Of a stretch of 64,000 bases of DNA, positions 13,692 through 27,444 are shown one piece after another. The position numbers and the translations under genes are program-made. Position 1 is the stretch's first letter; the number at the start of each line of letters is the position of its first letter. The stretch is from Chiloscyllium plagiosum. Lineage: Eukaryota. A model generated the notes under the pieces. That model was not told the origin of the DNA and ran no database searches. It saw only the letters and a program-made list of their open reading frames with translations. Where the stretch lies: the NCBI RefSeq assembly GCF_004010195.1, contig NC_057726.1, forward strand, positions 62,030,459 through 62,094,458, read 5' to 3'.

Positions 13692-14327
13692 CTACCAGTG
13701 AATAAGATTTAATATTTGTAAAAGTTTGAAATATTTACTCAGTTTCCAAACCAGTGAATGCAAAGCTAATTTTAGAATTAGAAGAAAAGAAAACTGAAAG
13801 TTCTCGAGTTCCACATTTTGCTGATAGCATTTGAATTGCCAGCACTTTGAGAATAGGAATTACATGGTAGGGAATGCTCGTTTAGATGCTAGGGGTTTCA
13901 AACAAAATGGGAATGAGTTGTAAATTTCAGTTGCGGAGGTGATTCTGCATTTTTATGCCTGGAAATCAAGCTCACTTGTCCATTCGACCATCTATATAAT
14001 TGCAACTCCGTCGGGGCTTTTTACTCTTCAATTATTTGTTCCTCTACACAATATTTGTGACCATATGGTCATTTGCGAGGGTACCTTTCATTCATCATGT
14101 TGAAAATGGACAAAAAAGAAACATTGCTGCGTTTTACGGCTCATTGTGCACTATTGCATAATGGAATGCTTTTTTTAAACAATTGAGACTTAGTGAAAGC
14201 AAATGCAATGTAATGTTCAATATTAAATCATATTCGAGTTCTCCTTCCCCGGTGTTCCAAAGACAGGCTTTCTTAAATTTCATTCTTAAATAGTTAAGAA
14301 GAGTCAAGGTTTTACAATGAGGCTTAC

Positions 14328-14438
14328 ATTCATTATTTTGCAGTCGACCTCTCTTCTTAATGATGATCAGTAGTACCAAAAAGATCACTCCAAACACGGC
14401 GCATCCAGGCACCCAGAAGTAATGTGAGTTAATACCGT
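14328..14438 (-). CDS. Gene A exon 4, transmembrane DGINSHYFWVPGCAVFGVIFLVLLIIIKKRGRLQNNE
   Basis: tttgcag|AC ... T|gtaagc, 111 nt, phase 1/1. A 20-aa uncharged hydrophobic stretch is followed by the basic stop-transfer KKRGR. Confidence 0.9.
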
Positions 14439-14518
14439 CTGCAAAAATAAGATGTACTTTGGCTAAACATAGTATCCAAGATTTATTGTTTCAACTAAGG
14501 TGCTAACTTTAATAAGTC

Positions 14519-15429
14519 TGTTATTGACAAGACCAAACCTTCTGAAATTTTTCAGAAGATAATCTAGACCATAACGTTTTCTCAGTTAAAGATAAAGGTG
14601 AGGTGTTATTATTCCTGATGAAATTCGATCGGCCAAACTATTGGATTTAAAGCCAAACACGCTTTATTCATTGACTATAGTTAAAACACAACAAAACAAA
14701 AAAGGAATTGGATTAACCTTACCCTATTGGAAAACTTAATAGAACAATACATACATTAACTATCACTAATTAACTGTTCGAATATAGCAACATCCCATAA
14801 ACACACCCTTGGCAAAAGGCAAATTCAGAAAGGAAGTTAGCCTCCAGCGCCAGGGGCCCAGGTTTAATCCCAACCTCAGGCAATTGTCTGTGTAGACTTT
14901 GCACATTCGCCCCGTGCCAGTGTGAGTTTTCTTGGGGTGCTCCAGTTTCTTCCCATAATCCAAAGATGTGCAGGTCAGGTGAATTGACCATGCTAATTGA
15001 CCGTAGTGTTCAGGAATGTGTAGATTAGGTGCATTAGTCAGGAGTAAATGCAAAGTAATAGGGTAGGGGAATGCGTCTGGGTGGGTTACTCTTCGGCAGG
15101 TAGGTGTGGACTTGTTGGGTCAAATGACCTGGTTCCACACTGTAGGGATTCTATCATTCTATGATTTTGGCTGTAACAAAGAGGGAAAAAAATAGCTTCC
15201 AGTTCTTCAAGACCCCAACGGCAACTGCTGAGTGATAAAGCTAAAAATCCTGTTTCTGTAGGAGCTTGACCACACCAATTCAGGCTGCTTCTGTTTTTTC
15301 CAAATTAAAAAAAAAGGTCATCACAAGCTGTTTACTCTAGTGAGTGTGATTTCTCGAAACCTCTGTCTTAAAATCTCTCTCAAAAAAGATAGGGGAAAGT
15401 ACGTCTCTTAAAGCCACAGTATCATCACA
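14519..15429 (-). mobile_element. Solo LTR interrupted by an HE1-like SINE (+ strand, ~14840-15165)
   Basis: Termini tgtta...tcaca with a near-TSD agtc/actc. Shares the aaacacacccttggcaaaagg.aaattca block with the 44009 LTR. The SINE core tccaaagatgtgcaggtcaggtgaattg lies inside. Confidence 0.7.
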
Positions 15430-16541
15430 ACTCAACGCTATCAAAGCTATAAGAAAGACTGCCAAGAAGCATTTTTGATACGATGTTTGAACAACCTCTT
15501 CATGTATATTGAACATGTTAGATTAATCTGTGTATTGGAATTTAAGCATCGTCGAATGCTGTTTTAGAAATTTGAAATGAGAATCGATCATATGAAAAGA
15601 AGACATGTCTTATTCTGTATGTGTTTGGCTGTTGGCGTACGTATTAAGGAGTTTGACGCTACTTTCACAATAATGTGTACATTGCTCCCACAGAATTCTC
15701 GATTTCAAGAGATGTAAATTGCTGGAGAAGTTCTGCAGGTCTGATAAGCATCTGTGGATCGAAAACACCAGTAATGTTTTGAAACTGGTGATCCTTACTA
15801 TGAATGATGTTAATGCATTTTTCTCTCCACAGATACTGTCAGGTCTGCTGAGTTTCTCCTGCATTTTCTGATTATATTTCAGAGCTCCAGTATCCGAATT
15901 TGTTTGTTGCATTTTACTCTGGATTTAAGGAATTGGTTAAGTATGCCTTTTCAGTTATGTGTGTTTCTTATTTATGGCTACCACTGACTAGTAAATAGGA
16001 TAAAACGGCATCTTGAATTCATTTCATTTAGGTTTTATCTGTGATAGTAAAGAATTATCAGTAGGATGAGGTTCAGAGCAAACCTGCACTATGATCACCC
16101 TGACTGTACATATTATCAGAACATTATGAAGTGGAGCCGAATTCAATGGGTGAAGATGAGAAGCTAGTCATTGGCCAATTTCAGAACCCTCAGTGAGAAG
16201 CAGCTGAAAATAGAATACATGAGCAAAGGCTGTGATGTGGCATGGTACAGTGATCAGAGATAAGGGTTCCCGGGAAACAAAATTCGGAGTAACATTCATG
16301 TCAAAATGCCTCATGTCAGTGGCAACAAGCAGCATCTTATTGGCAGAAAAATGGGGTAGCTGGGAACATTCCATATTCGGTTTTGGAAGCACAATACCTG
16401 TATATGAATTTAATGCTTTCTTATGTATTTCGCAGGGCGTGTCATTTCAAGCTAATGTCTTGAGAATTTGTATGTAAAATATATGATTTGTTTCTGAACT
16501 TGACAATGGTTGCTTCTTCTATTCCCCTCGCAAAGTCGTAC

Positions 16542-16853
16542 CTTTGTTAAATTTAGTAACAGTATAGGTGACCACAGCCGGGGCCTCGAGAGACACGTGA
16601 GATACCATACAGGTATAATTGTCTTCCATTGGATTCTGGTCTGGATCAGCTAAAGTGCTAGAAACCTTGTACAGTCCCTCAGTGTTCTTCACTACGGCGT
16701 TTTGTGCTTCTAATGCAGTCTCAGCGCCATTTTTATACCAAGTTAGGCTGAAATTTCCCGGAAAAAATGCTGCCGTTTCACACACGACATTCAAAGACAC
16801 TGGTGAAGTTCCTCCAGATGGTCTGTAAACAATCTTAAGTGGGGTTGGTGGAA
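16542..16853 (-). CDS. Gene A exon 3, Ig C1-set domain
   Basis: tttgcag|TT ... AAAG|gtacga, 312 nt, phase 1/1. VPPTP..LNVVCETAAFFPGNFSLTWYKNG..NTEGLYKVSSTL..YTCMVSHVSL carries the C1 hallmarks CxxxxF(F/Y)P, W and YxCxVxH. Confidence 0.93.
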
Positions 16854-18280
16854 CTGCAAAATAAAGAGAAAATGAATCAAGTTGAGTTATTGGACACAGT
16901 TGGAAGAAACTAAATTGGTACTTACTTTACGGCACTCTTGAAGAGACTGACCACCTTTCCTTTAAATGTTACTTAGGATATTTGCACTTATCACAGGCAC
17001 CGGTGTCTCGCCAATGTACCCGAGCTATCAAGCGTACGCATTGAGATACTCAGAAGCCAGAAACACAGAATCATTACAACACAGAATATAGGACATGTCG
17101 CCCATTACACTAATAGCTGAAAGACCAGTTCATTCAAGAAAGTACTCCGGTCTTCTTCTCTAATCGTGGATATTGTCCTTTTCAGAGAATAGCCTCATTG
17201 CCTTTTGAGTGATTGTGATCGATGCTAACGACATGAAAGGAGTAAAGAAAGGTTCTGCTGAGAAAATATGAGCAGCAAAAATTAAATTAAGTTGAAAAGT
17301 ACTAATCTTGTGAATGCTATCTGAACTAGAGAAACTGATCATACGTTAAATATGATGAGACAATTATAATACTGGTTCAAAAATCGGTGTGTAGACGTGC
17401 TTTTGATTCGATGGACACTGACACCAGAAATGGTAAAGGTGAGAGACGTAATACTGGGGGGCAGTCTTCTGCCATGCTAGCATCTGCCTTGCGAGGCATG
17501 TCTGTAGACCGGTATAAGATTTTAATTCAATACTAGTGCTGAGAAACTTTAAGAAAAAAAAACAATACGTTGAAAATGAGAAACAATGCAAGAAAGGGTG
17601 TAATGATCAGACAGCGGCAGGACGATATCCCTTGCACAAAACTATATCTGCAATTAAGTGTGGAGGATTAGGTTAAAGGTTTAAAAATAGCAAAAGAACT
17701 GACCTAAAGGTTCTGTACTTGAATGTATGCAACATTTGCTGAAAATACATGCATTGATAGTGCAAGTATAAATAAACATGCCTGACTTGATAGTCGTTCG
17801 AGAGACCTGCTTGCAAGATGACGAAGCCTGAGGCTGATTATCCAAGGTCACAAGATGTTAAGGAAAAACCAGAAGTGTAGCTTTCTTAATAAAAGATGAC
17901 ACTGATAATAAACGGAGAGAGCACATCGTTTGGACTCTCAAGATGTAGAATCAATTTGAATGCAGATAAGAAGTAGAAAGAAAAGTCTTATAGGAGTGAT
18001 ACACAAGCCTGCTGTCCGTAATCATACTGCAAGTCGTGGTGCTTGTAAATGTTGTAACGAGGACGTATGAGAAAGATGATGCAATAATCTGGGTTTATTT
18101 TAATCTGCACATATACCGAATGAATCAAACTTGCTAATATAGCCAAGAAGTGAATTCATGGAATATTTATAGGAACAGTTCTGAGAACAATATGTTTTGG
18201 GGCCTATCGGGTAGTATGCTGCATGTGTTGAGGTAATGTTCAATAGAGCAGAATTTATTAACTACAGCATAGAGAAGATA

Positions 18281-20860
18281 AGAGAAGTTACCATTGTCGA
18301 GGAGGGTTTGCCTACTGAGTCGGTATGGGTGGAAATTAGGAACAGTAAGGGAACAGTTACCTCATTACTACAGGCCCCACAATAGCAGCAGGGAGATTGA
18401 AGAAAGCATAAGTCGGCAGGTTTTGGAAAAGTGTGAAGGTAGTAGGGTTGTTGTAATGGGTGACTTTAACTTTCCCAATATTGATTGGAACCTCCTTCGA
18501 GCAGATGGTTTTGAAGGAGCTGTTTTTGTAAGGTGTGTTCAGGAGGGTTTCCTAACTCAGCGCGTTGACAGGCCGACGAGGGAAGCGGCCATTTTGGATT
18601 TGGTGATAGACAATGAGCCGGGGCAGGTGTCAGATCTTGCGGTGGGAGAGCATTTTGGTGATAGTGACAACAACTGCCTCACATTCTACCGAGCTATGCA
18701 GAAGGAGAGAAGCAGGTACAATGGGAGGATATTTAATTGGGGAAAAGGAAATTATGATACTATCAGACGTGAGTTGGGAAACATGGACTGGGAGCAATTG
18801 TTCCAAGGAAAGAGCACTATGGACATGTTGAGACTGTTTAAGGAATAGTTGTTGCGAGTGATGCACAAATGTGTTCCTTTGAGACAGGCAAGAAGGGGTA
18901 AGATAAAGGAATATTGGATGACGAGAGCAGAAGAGCTTCTCTTCAAAAGAAAGAAAGCAGCTTACGTAAGATGAAGGAAGCAAGGGCCTCGCTCAGCTCT
19001 AGAGGATTACAGGCAGGTCAGGAAGAAGCTCAAAAATGGTCTGAGGAGAGCCAGGAGGGGGTACGAAAAAGGCTTGGCAGGAAGGATTAGGGAGAATCCA
19101 AAGGCATTTTAGACGTATATGAGGAATAAGAGAATGATCAAAGAAAGAGTAGGGCCGATCAGGGATAGCATAGGGAACTTGTGTACAGAGTCTGAGGACG
19201 TAGAGGAAGCCCTAAATAAGTTTTTTGCTTCTGTCTTCACTAAAGAAAAGGACCTTGTAGTGAATGAAACTATTGAGGAGCAGGTAAGCATGCTGGAACA
19301 GATAAACATTGAGGAAGCTGACGTGTTGAAAATTTTGACAAACATTAAGATTGGCAAGTTGCCAGGGCCAGACCAGATTTGTCCTCGGCTGCTTTGCGAA
19401 GTGAGAAATGGATTGCTTCGCTGCTTGCGAAGATTTTTGCATCCTCGCTCTCCACCGGAGTCGTACCTGAGGACTGGAGGGAGGCAACTGTAATTCCTCT
19501 CTTCAAGAAAGGAAATAGGGAAATCCCCGGCAATTACAGACCAGTCAGTCTCACGTCTGTCGTCTGCAAGGATTCTGAGGGATAGGATTTATGACCATCT
19601 GGAAGAGCATGGTTTGATTAAAGGCAGTCAGCACGGCTTTGTGAGGGGCAGGTCATGCCTCACACATCTTATTGAGTTCTTTGAGGATGTTACTAGACAA
19701 GGTGATGAGGGTCGAGCGGTGGATGTGGTGTATATGAACTTCAGTAAGGCATTTGATAAGGTTCCCCGTGGTAGGCTTGTTCAGAAGGTCAGGAGGAATG
19801 GGATACAGGGAAATTTAGCTGGTCGACAGAAGACATCGAGTGGCAGTGGAAGGAAAATATTCTGCCTGAAAGTGAGTGGTGTTCCACGGGGCTCCGTTCT
19901 TGGGCCTCTACTCTTTGCAATTTTTATTAATGACTTCGATGAGGAGATTGTAGGATGGGTTAGCAAGTTTGCAGGCACCACAAAGGTTGGAGGTGTCGTT
20001 GACAGTATAGAGGACTGTTGTAGGCTGCAGCATGATATTGACAGGATGCAGAGATGGGCTGAGAGGTGGCAGATGGAGTTCAACTTGGATAATGCGAAGT
20101 GATGCATTTTGGAAGGTCTAACTTGAAATTTCAGTACAGGATAAATGACAGGATTCTTAGCAGTGTGGAGGAACAGCGGGATCTTAGTGTGCAGGTGCAT
20201 AGATCACTTAAAATTGCCACCCAGGTGGACAGAGTTGTTAAGAAAGCATATGGTGGTTTGGCTTTCATTAACAGGGTGATTGAGTTTAAGAGCCATGAGA
20301 TATGGTTGCAGCTCTATAAAACGCTGGTTAGACCGCATTTGTGTCCAGTTCTGATCGCCCTATTATAGGAAAGATGTGGATGCTTTGAAGAGGGTTCAGA
20401 GGAGATTTACCAGGATTCTGCCTGGAATGGTGGACTTATCTTACGAAGAGAGGTTCACTGAGCTCTGACTTCTTTAATTAGAAAAAAGAAGGAAGAAAAG
20501 GGACCTAATTGAGGTGTACAAGATAATGAGAGGCATAGATAGAGTTGATAGCTAGAAACTCTTTCCCAGGGCAGAAATTGTTAACACGAGGGGTCATAGT
20601 TTTAAGCTGTTTGGTGGAAAGTATAGAGGGGATGTCAGAGGTGGGTTCTTTACGCAGGGAGTTGTGAGAGCATGGAATGCGTTGCCAGCAGCAGTTGTGG
20701 AAGCAAGGTCATTGGGGATATTTAAGAGGCTGCTGGACATGCATATGGTCACAGAAATTTGAGGGTTCGTACATTAGGTTTACCTTACATGAGGATCAAT
20801 CGTCGGCACAACATCGTGGGCTGAAGGGCCTGTTCTGTGCTGTACTGTTCTATGTTCTAT
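18281..20860 (+). mobile_element. CR1 LINE, 5'-truncated ORF2 (APE-RT) with stops and frameshifts
   Basis: VVVMGDFNFPNIDW, ILDLV, DSD, PGPDQI, NYRPVSLTSVV, QHGFVRGRSCLT, FSKAFDKVP, SGVPRGSVLGPLLF. Tail (tgttcta)n. The hexamer aagata on both sides is a possible TSD. Confidence 0.9.
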
Positions 20861-23020
20861 AAGATATCCCCCATTAGTAGGAACCATAATATAATTGAAT
20901 CTAATATTAGGTTTTAGAAAAGAGTGGATTTAAAAGATGTGTTTTAAACTTAAATAAGGTCAGTTATGGGGGCATGAACCTTTGGATAATATTTGGATGA
21001 GTTCTATAAATATCATAACATGCAAGGATATGGGAAAATTGCAGAAAATTATGATTAGCACACTTCAAGTGAAAGGCCTTTTCTGTACTGTATGAATCTA
21101 TGTATCTATGAAGACAAAAATGGCTAACGTGGAGTAAAACTTTATGTTATGAGATATATCACTAAAGTTACAATGACTGTATAAAAGTACATTACAATAA
21201 TAACTGAAGAATCTAATGGAAAGAAGCACAGTCCATAATTAACAAAGGAAACTAATCATAATATAAACATGAAAGCAAAAGTGCATCATTTCACAAAGAC
21301 GATTGGGAAGTCAGAAGACTGATTAGAATAGAATGAACAGAAAAGAATGTCTAAATAATTCCTAAAAGAAAAGATAAAAAAATATATATTTCATAATATA
21401 AAACTAGATAGCAAGACTTTTTTACAGGCATTTAGTAAATGATAGGTATAAGATGAACGTTGGTCTTTTAAAGAGTAAGTCTACGGTAATTATTCTAATA
21501 ATGAAGTGGTCGATGAATTGAGTGCACATTTTGTGTCATCTTCCCTGCAGAGAGATCATTAAAATCTCAGAACTAATCGTGACTGAGGTGGTCATGTTCA
21601 TGGTGAAACCTAAAGCAGTTACATTCACTCAAGAAATGATGTAGAGAAAATTGATAGAGCTAAATCCTCTTAATTCTGCGTGTTTTAATCAATTTCATCC
21701 GAGGGACTTCAAAAGTGGTTCATGAAATAGTAGAGAGTATAGTTTTGTTATCTGAAATTCTTTGGAATCTAGAATGTCTCATCAGGTTGTAAAATTGCTA
21801 ACTGACAACAGAATCCTCTTTCTATCTCCTAAGTTTCTTGTTTATTCAAGGAAATTAGGAGATTGGAAGATGGAACCTGTGGTCAGTTAGCTTCAAATCG
21901 AAGATGGGGAAAACAGTGGATTTTTTTTATGGAGAATGCAGTAATTAATTTATAAAATCTCTGTGCCATCAGGCAGAGCCAATGTGTTTGCCTTTAAAGG
22001 AAATCCTGTATGACTAATGTATAACAATTTTATGACAAAATGGTAACCAATGTGAATAACAGAATATCTGTAGATGTGCTTTACTTAGATTTCCAGAAGG
22101 CATTGAACATGGTGCCAAATGAAAAATTATTGTGCAAAGTACAATTCTGTTGCAGGGAATAATATAAAAACGTGGAAAGGGGATTCTTTAGATAAGAGGA
22201 AGGGGACAGCAAGACAGAAATGGACCATTCTCACGTTCTGATCATGTAATGAATTGAGTATCACTGGAATCAGAATTCTGTAAAAAAAAATGCACGTGTT
22301 ACATCAATGATTTGGACGCAGGAGCTAATCATATACTTATAAAACTTGCTGTTGATGCAAAGATGCAGTAGGCAGAAGAAAAGTTATGAAACTTAAATTT
22401 TGAGCTCAAAAAGGGATAATCTAATTCATTGAGCAAAATTTGGCAAATGGAATACAATGCAGCAAAAATGTGGGCTTGTACATTTTTGCATAAAGAATAT
22501 CTACAAATAATTTTGATTTAAAAGGAAGATGTTGAGATTTCCCAAGTACTGCATGATATGGTTGTCCTGATGCATGAATCAGGCAAAATTAGTTTGATAC
22601 AGCGAGGCCTTTTTTGGTTTGTATGCCTCTATCACTCTATAAGGAAAGTAGGTCGAATGTTGTCATTTATTGCAAGAGGAATAGAATAAAAAAGTAGAAA
22701 TATTCTGCTTTTTTATATAAAACATTGATAAGATCCAATCTCATGCGTGTAATTTTTGTTTTATTGTCCAAGAAAGAACATAGGGTTTACAGGTAACTTA
22801 GAGAAAGTTCATTCTATTATTACCTGGGATGAGGACGTTTTATGAGGAAATTTAGGAGATGCTGTGCCTGTATCCAATGGAGTTTAGAACAGGAGATGAT
22901 CTGTTTGAGATATATAAAACCCTGCGAGTATTTGACAAGAGGGTGTATAAAAGACGTTCCATCTTTTGTGAGACACTCTAAGGAGAAGACAATGTTTATA
23001 GAGCAGTGGCTTTTGCAATC

Positions 23021-23808
23021 CATAAGACCATAAGACATATGAGCGGAAGTAAGGACATTCGGCCCATCGAGTCCACTCCGCCATTCAATCATGGCTGATG
23101 GGCATTTCAACTCCACTTACCCGCAGTCTCCTCGTAGCCCTTAATTCCTTGTGACATCAAGAATTTATCCATTTCTGCCTTGAAGACATTTAGCGTCCCA
23201 GCCTCCACTGCACTCTGTGGCAATGAATTCCACAGGCCCACCACTCTCGGGCTGAAGAAATGTCTCCGCATTTCTGTTCTGAATTTGCCCCCTCTAATTC
23301 TAAGACTGTGTCCACGGGTCCTAGTCTCCTCGCCTAACGGAAACAATTTCCTAGCATCCACCCTCTCTAAGCCATGTATTATCTTGTAAGTTTCTATTAG
23401 ACCTCCCCTTAATCTTCTAAACTCCAATGCATACAATCACAGGATCCTCAGGCGTTCCTCATATGCTAGACCTACCATTCCAGGGATCATCCGTGTGAAT
23501 CTCCGCTCGACACCCTCCAGTGCCAGTATGTCCTTCCTGAGGTGTGGGGACCAAAACTGGACACAGTACTCCAAATGGGGCCTAACCAGAGCTTTATAAA
23601 GTCTCAGTAGCACAACAGTGCTTCTATATTCCAACCCTCTTGAGATAATTGACAACATTGCATTCGCTTTCTTAATCACGGACTCAACCTGCATGTTTAC
23701 CTTTAGAGAATCCTTAACTAGCACTCCCAGATTCCTCTGTACTTTGGTTTTACGAATTTTCTCACCGTTTAGAAAGTAATCCATGCTTGTATTCTTTTTT
23801 CCAAAGTA
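23021..23808 (-). mobile_element. CR1 LINE 3' fragment
   Basis: LYKALVRPHLEYCVQFWSP, RRLRGGLIETYKI, TRGHSLRI, WNSLP. Tail (tcttatgg)n. Same family as 50211-50785. Confidence 0.9.
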
Positions 23809-25431
23809 AAGAGAGTGAAAGAGTGTTACATTTTCTCAGAGAGTCATGAGTCCTTGACGCTCTATTCCCCAATGATACAGGAAGATTCGTAAATATTTTA
23901 AAGTTACAGGTAAATATATTCCTAACTAACAAGGAAGTAAAATTTAATTTGAGTAGGTGGGATGTGCAATTGAAACCATCATCAGATCCGTTCTGATTAT
24001 ATTGAATATCAGAAATATCTTAAAATGCCAAATCGCCTTTTGTCAATTCGAATTTTCATGTTCCTTTGAATCTGTCTCCATTTCACTGCCAGACAATGCA
24101 TTCCGAAGCTGAAATATTCCTTACACGTACACGCTCTCCAATCACTTTTGCTTATTTTACCAATTACAAATCTGACCACCTTGTCTTCGATATCTCCAAA
24201 AATGAGAAATGTTTCTCCCTAGTGTTTTGCCTGACGATTTTGAAAGTCTTTATCAAATCTCATCTGAGCATTCTGTTTCCGAAAAAAACAGCCGTAAAGT
24301 CTCCAGTCTATCTTTATGCCTGATATCTGTCCTCACTGAAACTATACTCATGAATCTTTTCTGCACTCTCCCAAAGATGCTCACATCCTTCCACAAGAAT
24401 GATGCATAAAACTTGGCTCAACACACTTAATTTTCTATCTTCTCTTCACGTTCTATGTACCTAAATTAATAATTTTATTATTCTTCGCATTGACATCCAT
24501 CTGCCACTGATCTGCCATTCCCTGTGTTTGTTAGAGTAAGTATTAATTTTGTCTAGAATTAATGATCGTAGAAGCTACTCACCATTTTTAAAAATTGACT
24601 GGCTTGTATTTATGCTGTTTTCAGACATTACTTGAACAAGAATGTAATGTTTGAAACGCCAGTTCTTGATCGCCAACCGAGTACAAGGAAGATGTGTATT
24701 TTTTTACCAATCAACGCACAACATTTATTCTCGTATCACTAGTAACCTTGGATGTATATCAATCTGTGCTTGTATCTTTTCACCTTGAGGCACAGCGAGC
24801 CTCCTTAACTTCCACCTTCTCATCAATTTTAAAATATCATAGTGTGTTGATTGCTTTCTTATTCACAATGTCTTGTATTGTTCGTTTTTCATAGTAAAGA
24901 CAAAAGCAAATGACAACTTAATATCTCAACGATTCCATCTACCTCCAGTGCAAATTCCCTTTCTGGTCCTTAATCTTGTCTACCTTTTCTTCTATGAAAC
25001 TTTTATTATTATTTGCCTACCTTTAGAATGATTGGAAATTTCCTTTTATGTTAACGGTAAGTTTCTTTTCAGGCGATCTCTTTTCTTCTCATATTATCTT
25101 CCGCTCTGGAATTGTTATATTTGGTGTCATTCTCGACTGTATTTTTTTACCTTGAGTGTAACATAGAGCAATAATTGGCATCTAATGCATGTTTTTCATA
25201 ATTGAAAAACGTAAAGGAAGCATGGAAGCCGCCTGTGTCCTTTAATATTTCAGGCACAAATAGATATTAAAGAGGAATTTTCTGTTAAGACAAAAGTCTT
25301 AGTCCATATGAGATGAATTTGATATCTAGGTCACAGCTGGTGAAATACGCATGTTCAGATAAAGAGCAGAGCTTTAGGCCACACAGTCCTTCTGTATGTT
25401 TTTGACCTGGTATTTTGAGATGACAACAGTA

Positions 25432-26415
25432 TACAGAGTCAGAGAGTCATAAAGTCATAGAATCATAGAGATGTACAGCACGAAAACAGACCATTTGGTC
25501 AAAATCGTCCATGTCGACCAGACATCCCAACCCAATCTAGTCCGACCTGCCGCCTCCCGGTCTATATCACTCCAAACCCTTCCTATTCATATGCACATCC
25601 AGATGCTTTTAAAATGTTGCAATCTTAGTAGCCTCCACCACTTCGTCTAGCAACTCATTCCATACACATAACACACTCTGTGTGAAACGGCTGCCCCTTA
25701 GGTCTCTTTTATGTCTTTCCACTCTCACCCTCAACCATTGCTCTCTAGTTCTGGACTCCCCGACCCAGGGAAAAGACTTTGATTATTTATCCAATCTATG
25801 CCCCTCATGATGTTATAAACATCTATAAGGTCACCCCTCAATCTCCGATTCTCCAGGGAAAACAGCCCCAGCCTGTTCAACTTCTCCCTCTAGCTCAAAT
25901 CGTTGAACCCTGGCAACTCCTTGTAAGTCTTTTCTGAAATCTTTCAAGTTTCACAACATCTTTCCGATAGGAAGGAGACCAGAATTGCACGCAATATTCC
26001 AAACGTTGCCTAACCAACGTCCTGTACAGTAGCAACATGACCTTACAACCCCTGCACTCAGTACTCTGAATAATAAAGGAAAGCATACCAAGTGCCTTCT
26101 TCACTATCCTATCTACATGCGGCTCTACTTTCAAGGAGCTATGAACCTGCACTCCAAGGACTCTGTTCAGCAACACTCCCCAGCACCTTACCATTATGTG
26201 TATAAGCCCTGCTAAGATTTGCTTTCCCAAAATGCAGCACCTCGCATTTATCTAAATTAAACTTCATCTTCCACTTCTCAGCCTATTGGCCCATCTGATC
26301 ACGATCCCGTTCTAATCCCCTTCTTTGCTGTCCACTGCGCCTCCAATTTTGGTGTCACCTGCAAACTTACTAACTATACCTCTTATGCTCACATCCAAAT
26401 CATTTGTATAAATGA
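25432..26415 (-). mobile_element. CR1 LINE 3' fragment
   Basis: LYRTLVRQRLEYCVQFWSPSYRKD and a (ctatgact)n-like tail. Confidence 0.85.
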
Positions 26416-26644
26416 TTTGCTTTAGAAAATATTCTAAGAACGTGAATATGCTGAATATGTCCATCACTTGCAATAAATGTGTTCCAGAAATTAGCTATCA
26501 TATCTAAGGTGTATAATTTACCTTCAGAGTTCATTTATTGAAACGTGAGACATTAAATGCCACAGTAGCGTTTTTATCGTGAAATATCCCCATTTAAGAT
26601 GATGTGTTCCCCACTACTGGACTGTTCTTTTGTTCTGCACTTAC

Positions 26645-26959
26645 CATAAACAATTAGCTGAGACCCAGTTCCATTTCCTTTAATGATTCCATGACACATC
26701 ACTGCACAGTGATAGACTCCTGAGTCTTGGAAAGTTGCATCCCACAGCTGGAAGGTGCGGTACCATTTCGTTTCCAGACCAAATCGTTTTCTGCCATCGT
26801 CAGTGTCTTGCAAGTATTCAGATTCACCCTGTTTCCACCAGCGCACGGTAAAGCAGGCTACATCCTGAGAGATCGTGAATTTGCACACCCAGGTTATGTT
26901 GCCTCCTCTGGTGATAGTCTCTCTTTTGGGTACTTGGGTCACTCTGAATGAAGTGCGGT
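26645..26959 (-). CDS. Gene A exon 2, Ig V domain with germline-fused J-like G strand
   Basis: ctgcag|AC ... TATG|gtaagt, 315 nt, phase 1/1. DRTSFRVTQVP..GGNITWVCKF..VRWWKQ..FQLWDATFQDSGVYHCAV..KGNGTGSQLIVY has the B-strand Cys, C-strand Trp, DxGxYxC and GxGxxLxV. Confidence 0.93.
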
Positions 26960-27444
26960 CTGCAGTTGCCAAGAATACAGTCAAATACAGGCTAATTACT
27001 TTAGATACCACATAGGGAACTAAGAAAGAAGGGAACTGACACAAGGAAAAAGTGAAAATTAACCCCAATAAATAAGTTAGCGTGGAGATTTACGGCGGCT
27101 GATACCTGCCACTTGTTCGGAACCAGATACTCCACATTGGAGTTCAAAAATGCGGGTTTATCATAACCGGGAAAGCACTCCAATACGTTTATCGTAGAAG
27201 ATAAGAGGGGGAACATCTCCCGCTCAACCATAATTGATCAGGAGTTGTGTAGTTATAGTCTGTGGCCTTTGGCTGGCGACGTATTGAGAATGAAATCTAT
27301 GTTTCCAAAACGGACGTAAGTCCGGGATTTCTGCCCTATGAGCCACTAGACTGGGAAAGATAGAGAGGAAATAAAAACAAATTCGTGTCGCTGTTATTTC
27401 GGAAGTAGTTCGCACGTTATCTGGGGCAATCAATACAGAGTTAC

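Larger units (their letters stand above)
17690..24060 (+). mobile_element. Old degenerate CR1 LINE hosting two younger CR1 insertions
   Basis: Decayed APE- and RT-like motifs, e.g. YLDFQKA at ~22082, resume after each younger insertion. Confidence 0.6.

Noticed and set aside
26705-26711. Perfect RSS heptamer CACAGTG inside the gene A V exon (another at ~58269-58275 in gene B)
   Set aside because: Explained by the His-Cys-Ala codons of YHC (Thr-Val codons in gene B). At the gene A site there is no nonamer at 12 or 23 bp, and the position is not conserved between the genes.
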